Shown: positions 61,714-64,000 of the stretch, in pieces | Position numbering within the stretch: position 1 is the first letter of the stretch | Layout of the letters: each line of letters opens with the position of its first letter | Source of the DNA: Diadema antillarum | Lineage: Eukaryota | Assembly (NCBI RefSeq): GCF_040938485.1 | Contig: NW_027271662.1 | Location: 496,001-560,000, forward strand | DNA: 64,000 nucleotides | Reading direction: 5' to 3' | Notes under the pieces: model-generated | The model's input: the letters and a program-made list of their open reading frames with translations, nothing else | What the model was told of the DNA's origin: nothing | Databases searched by the model: none | Translations under genes and position numbers: made by a program

Positions 61714-63246
61714 TTTTGTTGGAAATGAAATATATGAAATGAAATGAAATATTACTATTGAAATATGAGGACGTCTTCATGAGAAACTTGCAAATGATTA
61801 CATATTTCAGAAAATCAATCATATTGCATCACCCATTAGATATTGATCATTGATAATTTAGTTGTTATTACTGTTATTACTGTAATTGATTACTGTGATT
61901 ACTGTGCTTAGTTGTTATTTTTGCGTACAAATGTCTTCACAAATGAGGTCACAGACAATTTCTTGAGATGTTGATTTTTATGATTTGACACCAAGGCTAT
62001 CGTAAATTTATGCAATAATGCCTGTCCATAAATCATCAGGTTTCGATATATTCGCATGTTGATAATTTCTCGGCCCAAAAGCAATTCGCTAAATTTGTGA
62101 AAAGTTAAACCCTTGCAAAAATAGCAGCTTTTTACAGTACTTAACTCCATTAATTGATTGAATATCACATGAATAATCTATAACCTCTGATAGTTACAAA
62201 TATATATACACACAGTGAGTGAAAGGAACTACGGTAATGCAAACATTAATGGATTCTTGTTAAATGAATATTAATCAATTATGCCATACGCTGGGAGGTT
62301 CCAGTTGAAATTGCAGAACCTTAGGTGACTGGTATCGCACTATTTTCTGAAGAGTACAGCCCCAAAGAAAACAGTAACTATGCCAATCACTGAAGAATCC
62401 ATAATTTCAACTAGTACCTCGAACAGAGTGCATGACATATATATTTGATTTATATTCTACAAGAGAAAAAAAAATCTAGATCTTGATAAAAATACAGCTA
62501 CCGTACAATGCATGTACAATGTAAATAACAGTGCAAGTGCAGCCCAGGTGCCTGTGGCTGGTTTATTGCAATGTTGCATTGTGTGTGTGTGTGTGTGTGC
62601 GTGTGTGTGTAAAGAGATCAATAGCTAAATATCTCATTATTTTGAAAAATTATATTAAAATATTAGTAAAGTAAAAATTATTCATCATGCTGTATCTACT
62701 TTTTTTTCATGAGATGTTCTCGGCCAATCCTAGTTTGAGAATTTACAATGTAAGATATGATGTCAGCAAGGAGCAAGGTAAACTCAGGTATAGATATAAT
62801 ATCAATGCACTTTTACCAGGAGACCCAGGGAATGACTCAAGACATGTACATGGTATACTCACCACTTTGCTAAGCCAGGATTTGGTTCTCTTCAAAGGGC
62901 CAAACTCATTTGTTGTTGTTTTGCTTTTACCTTTATGTACATCTGATGGTTGACATCCATGTGGTTTAGGGAAACCCGAGCGCTCTAATTATAGAGTTGA
63001 TGCACAATTTTTGGTGGCATTGACTGAGGCCGTGAAAATACTGCTCCCGCATTGAGTGTGAATGGGTGGGACTAAATAGAGTTGTTTGACCACAGAAAGA
63101 ATTTGAGCATAATCTTCAGCAGGTGGACGTTCCACACTTTTCCTATGATTTTCCAGTGTAATGAGACTATCTTTTTCTTCTCAATCTCATTTAACTTCAG
63201 ACCTTTCTGAAAGTTGATGTCAGCATGGATGGGAGTTTCCTTTTAA

Positions 63247-63623
63247 CCCATTAGCAACTAAAATGCCTGAAATTGCTCATCTTAGAGACTCCCCCAAATG
63301 CCCCAGATTCCTGTGCATTTTTTAAAGAATAGTGTTAAGCTTAACCATTTTTTGTTTGTTTTCATGTAGAATATATGATTATGTAATTTGAAGGAGGTCA
63401 AAGGTCAACAAAGTATGTCAGAATTATTGTGACACACTATTCTCTTTGTTAAAGTCTTAATATGCTTTCATATAAACATAACTTTCTCTGTATAGTAGAC
63501 AAAAATAAATGTGCAGTGAGCTATTTCACACCATTTAGAAAGTTGTCTAAATGAGATTAATATTGCTGTATCCTTCCAGGGACCCATAGGCCATTATGTA
63601 CAGAATTTTCAGTTGCTAAAGGG
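63247..63623. mobile_element. piggyBac-like MITE (TTAA TSD)
   Basis: TTAA|CCCATTAGCAACTAAAA ... TTTTCAGTTGCTAAAGGG|TTAA. Confidence 0.85.
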
Positions 63624-64000
63624 TTAAATGTTATTTACCTAATAGAAAGAGAGAGAAAAGTGATCTGACATCATAGAGTATTGAAGTGATGATGTCACAG
63701 TCTGTAGTTTATATCTAGGTGGGCATATAGTTATAAACATTAGGGCCAGGTGAGGTTAATACGAACTAGTTACCATGGCGATGAATGGCTATGACATCAC
63801 ACTCTGGTACTCTATTTGATATCTGGCAATGATTTCATAATTGTTTATTTGTATAATTTTATCTTCAAAATCAACTCAAGATAAGATGTAGGAATTATGC
63901 TGAAAATGTTCAACAAAATGTATCTAGAGTGATAGTCATGATGTACTACAAAATACAATAGCATATTTCTGCCTGTCTTGTGTATCCTTATGTGTGTGTA

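Overview
Eukaryotic genomic DNA: AT-rich, intron-containing, repeat-dense, with five N-gaps. The repeat families and gene style suggest a marine invertebrate deuterostome, probably an echinoderm (inference). (1) 1008-9400 (+): the 3' part of an SLC6 monoamine transporter gene of the DAT/NET/octopamine-transporter type. Nine phase-compatible coding exons total 1080 nt (359 aa + stop) and end ...SRYT|AKHWRTI*. One intron needs a non-canonical GC donor. The N-terminal half lies upstream of the window. (2) ~10-37 kb: an intergenic transposon-rich tract with CACTA-, piggyBac-, pogo-, Harbinger-, hAT- and Kolobok-like MITEs, decayed CR1/R4 LINEs, a tRNA-like Pol III cassette inside (TA)n, and a minimal hammerhead-ribozyme motif. 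(3) 37872-38282 (+): a CpG-island first coding exon with a SASH1/SLy-like helical motif, followed by CpG-depleted sequence to the end of the window. This part holds a ~6 kb CACTA-like element (22-bp TIRs, TA TSD) with mixed cargo, four ~80-bp TTAA mini-MITEs, and candidate terminal exons of an unidentified minus-strand gene. Most ORFs in the supplied track are shadow or repeat-derived. All assignments were made by eye from remembered family motifs; no searches were run.
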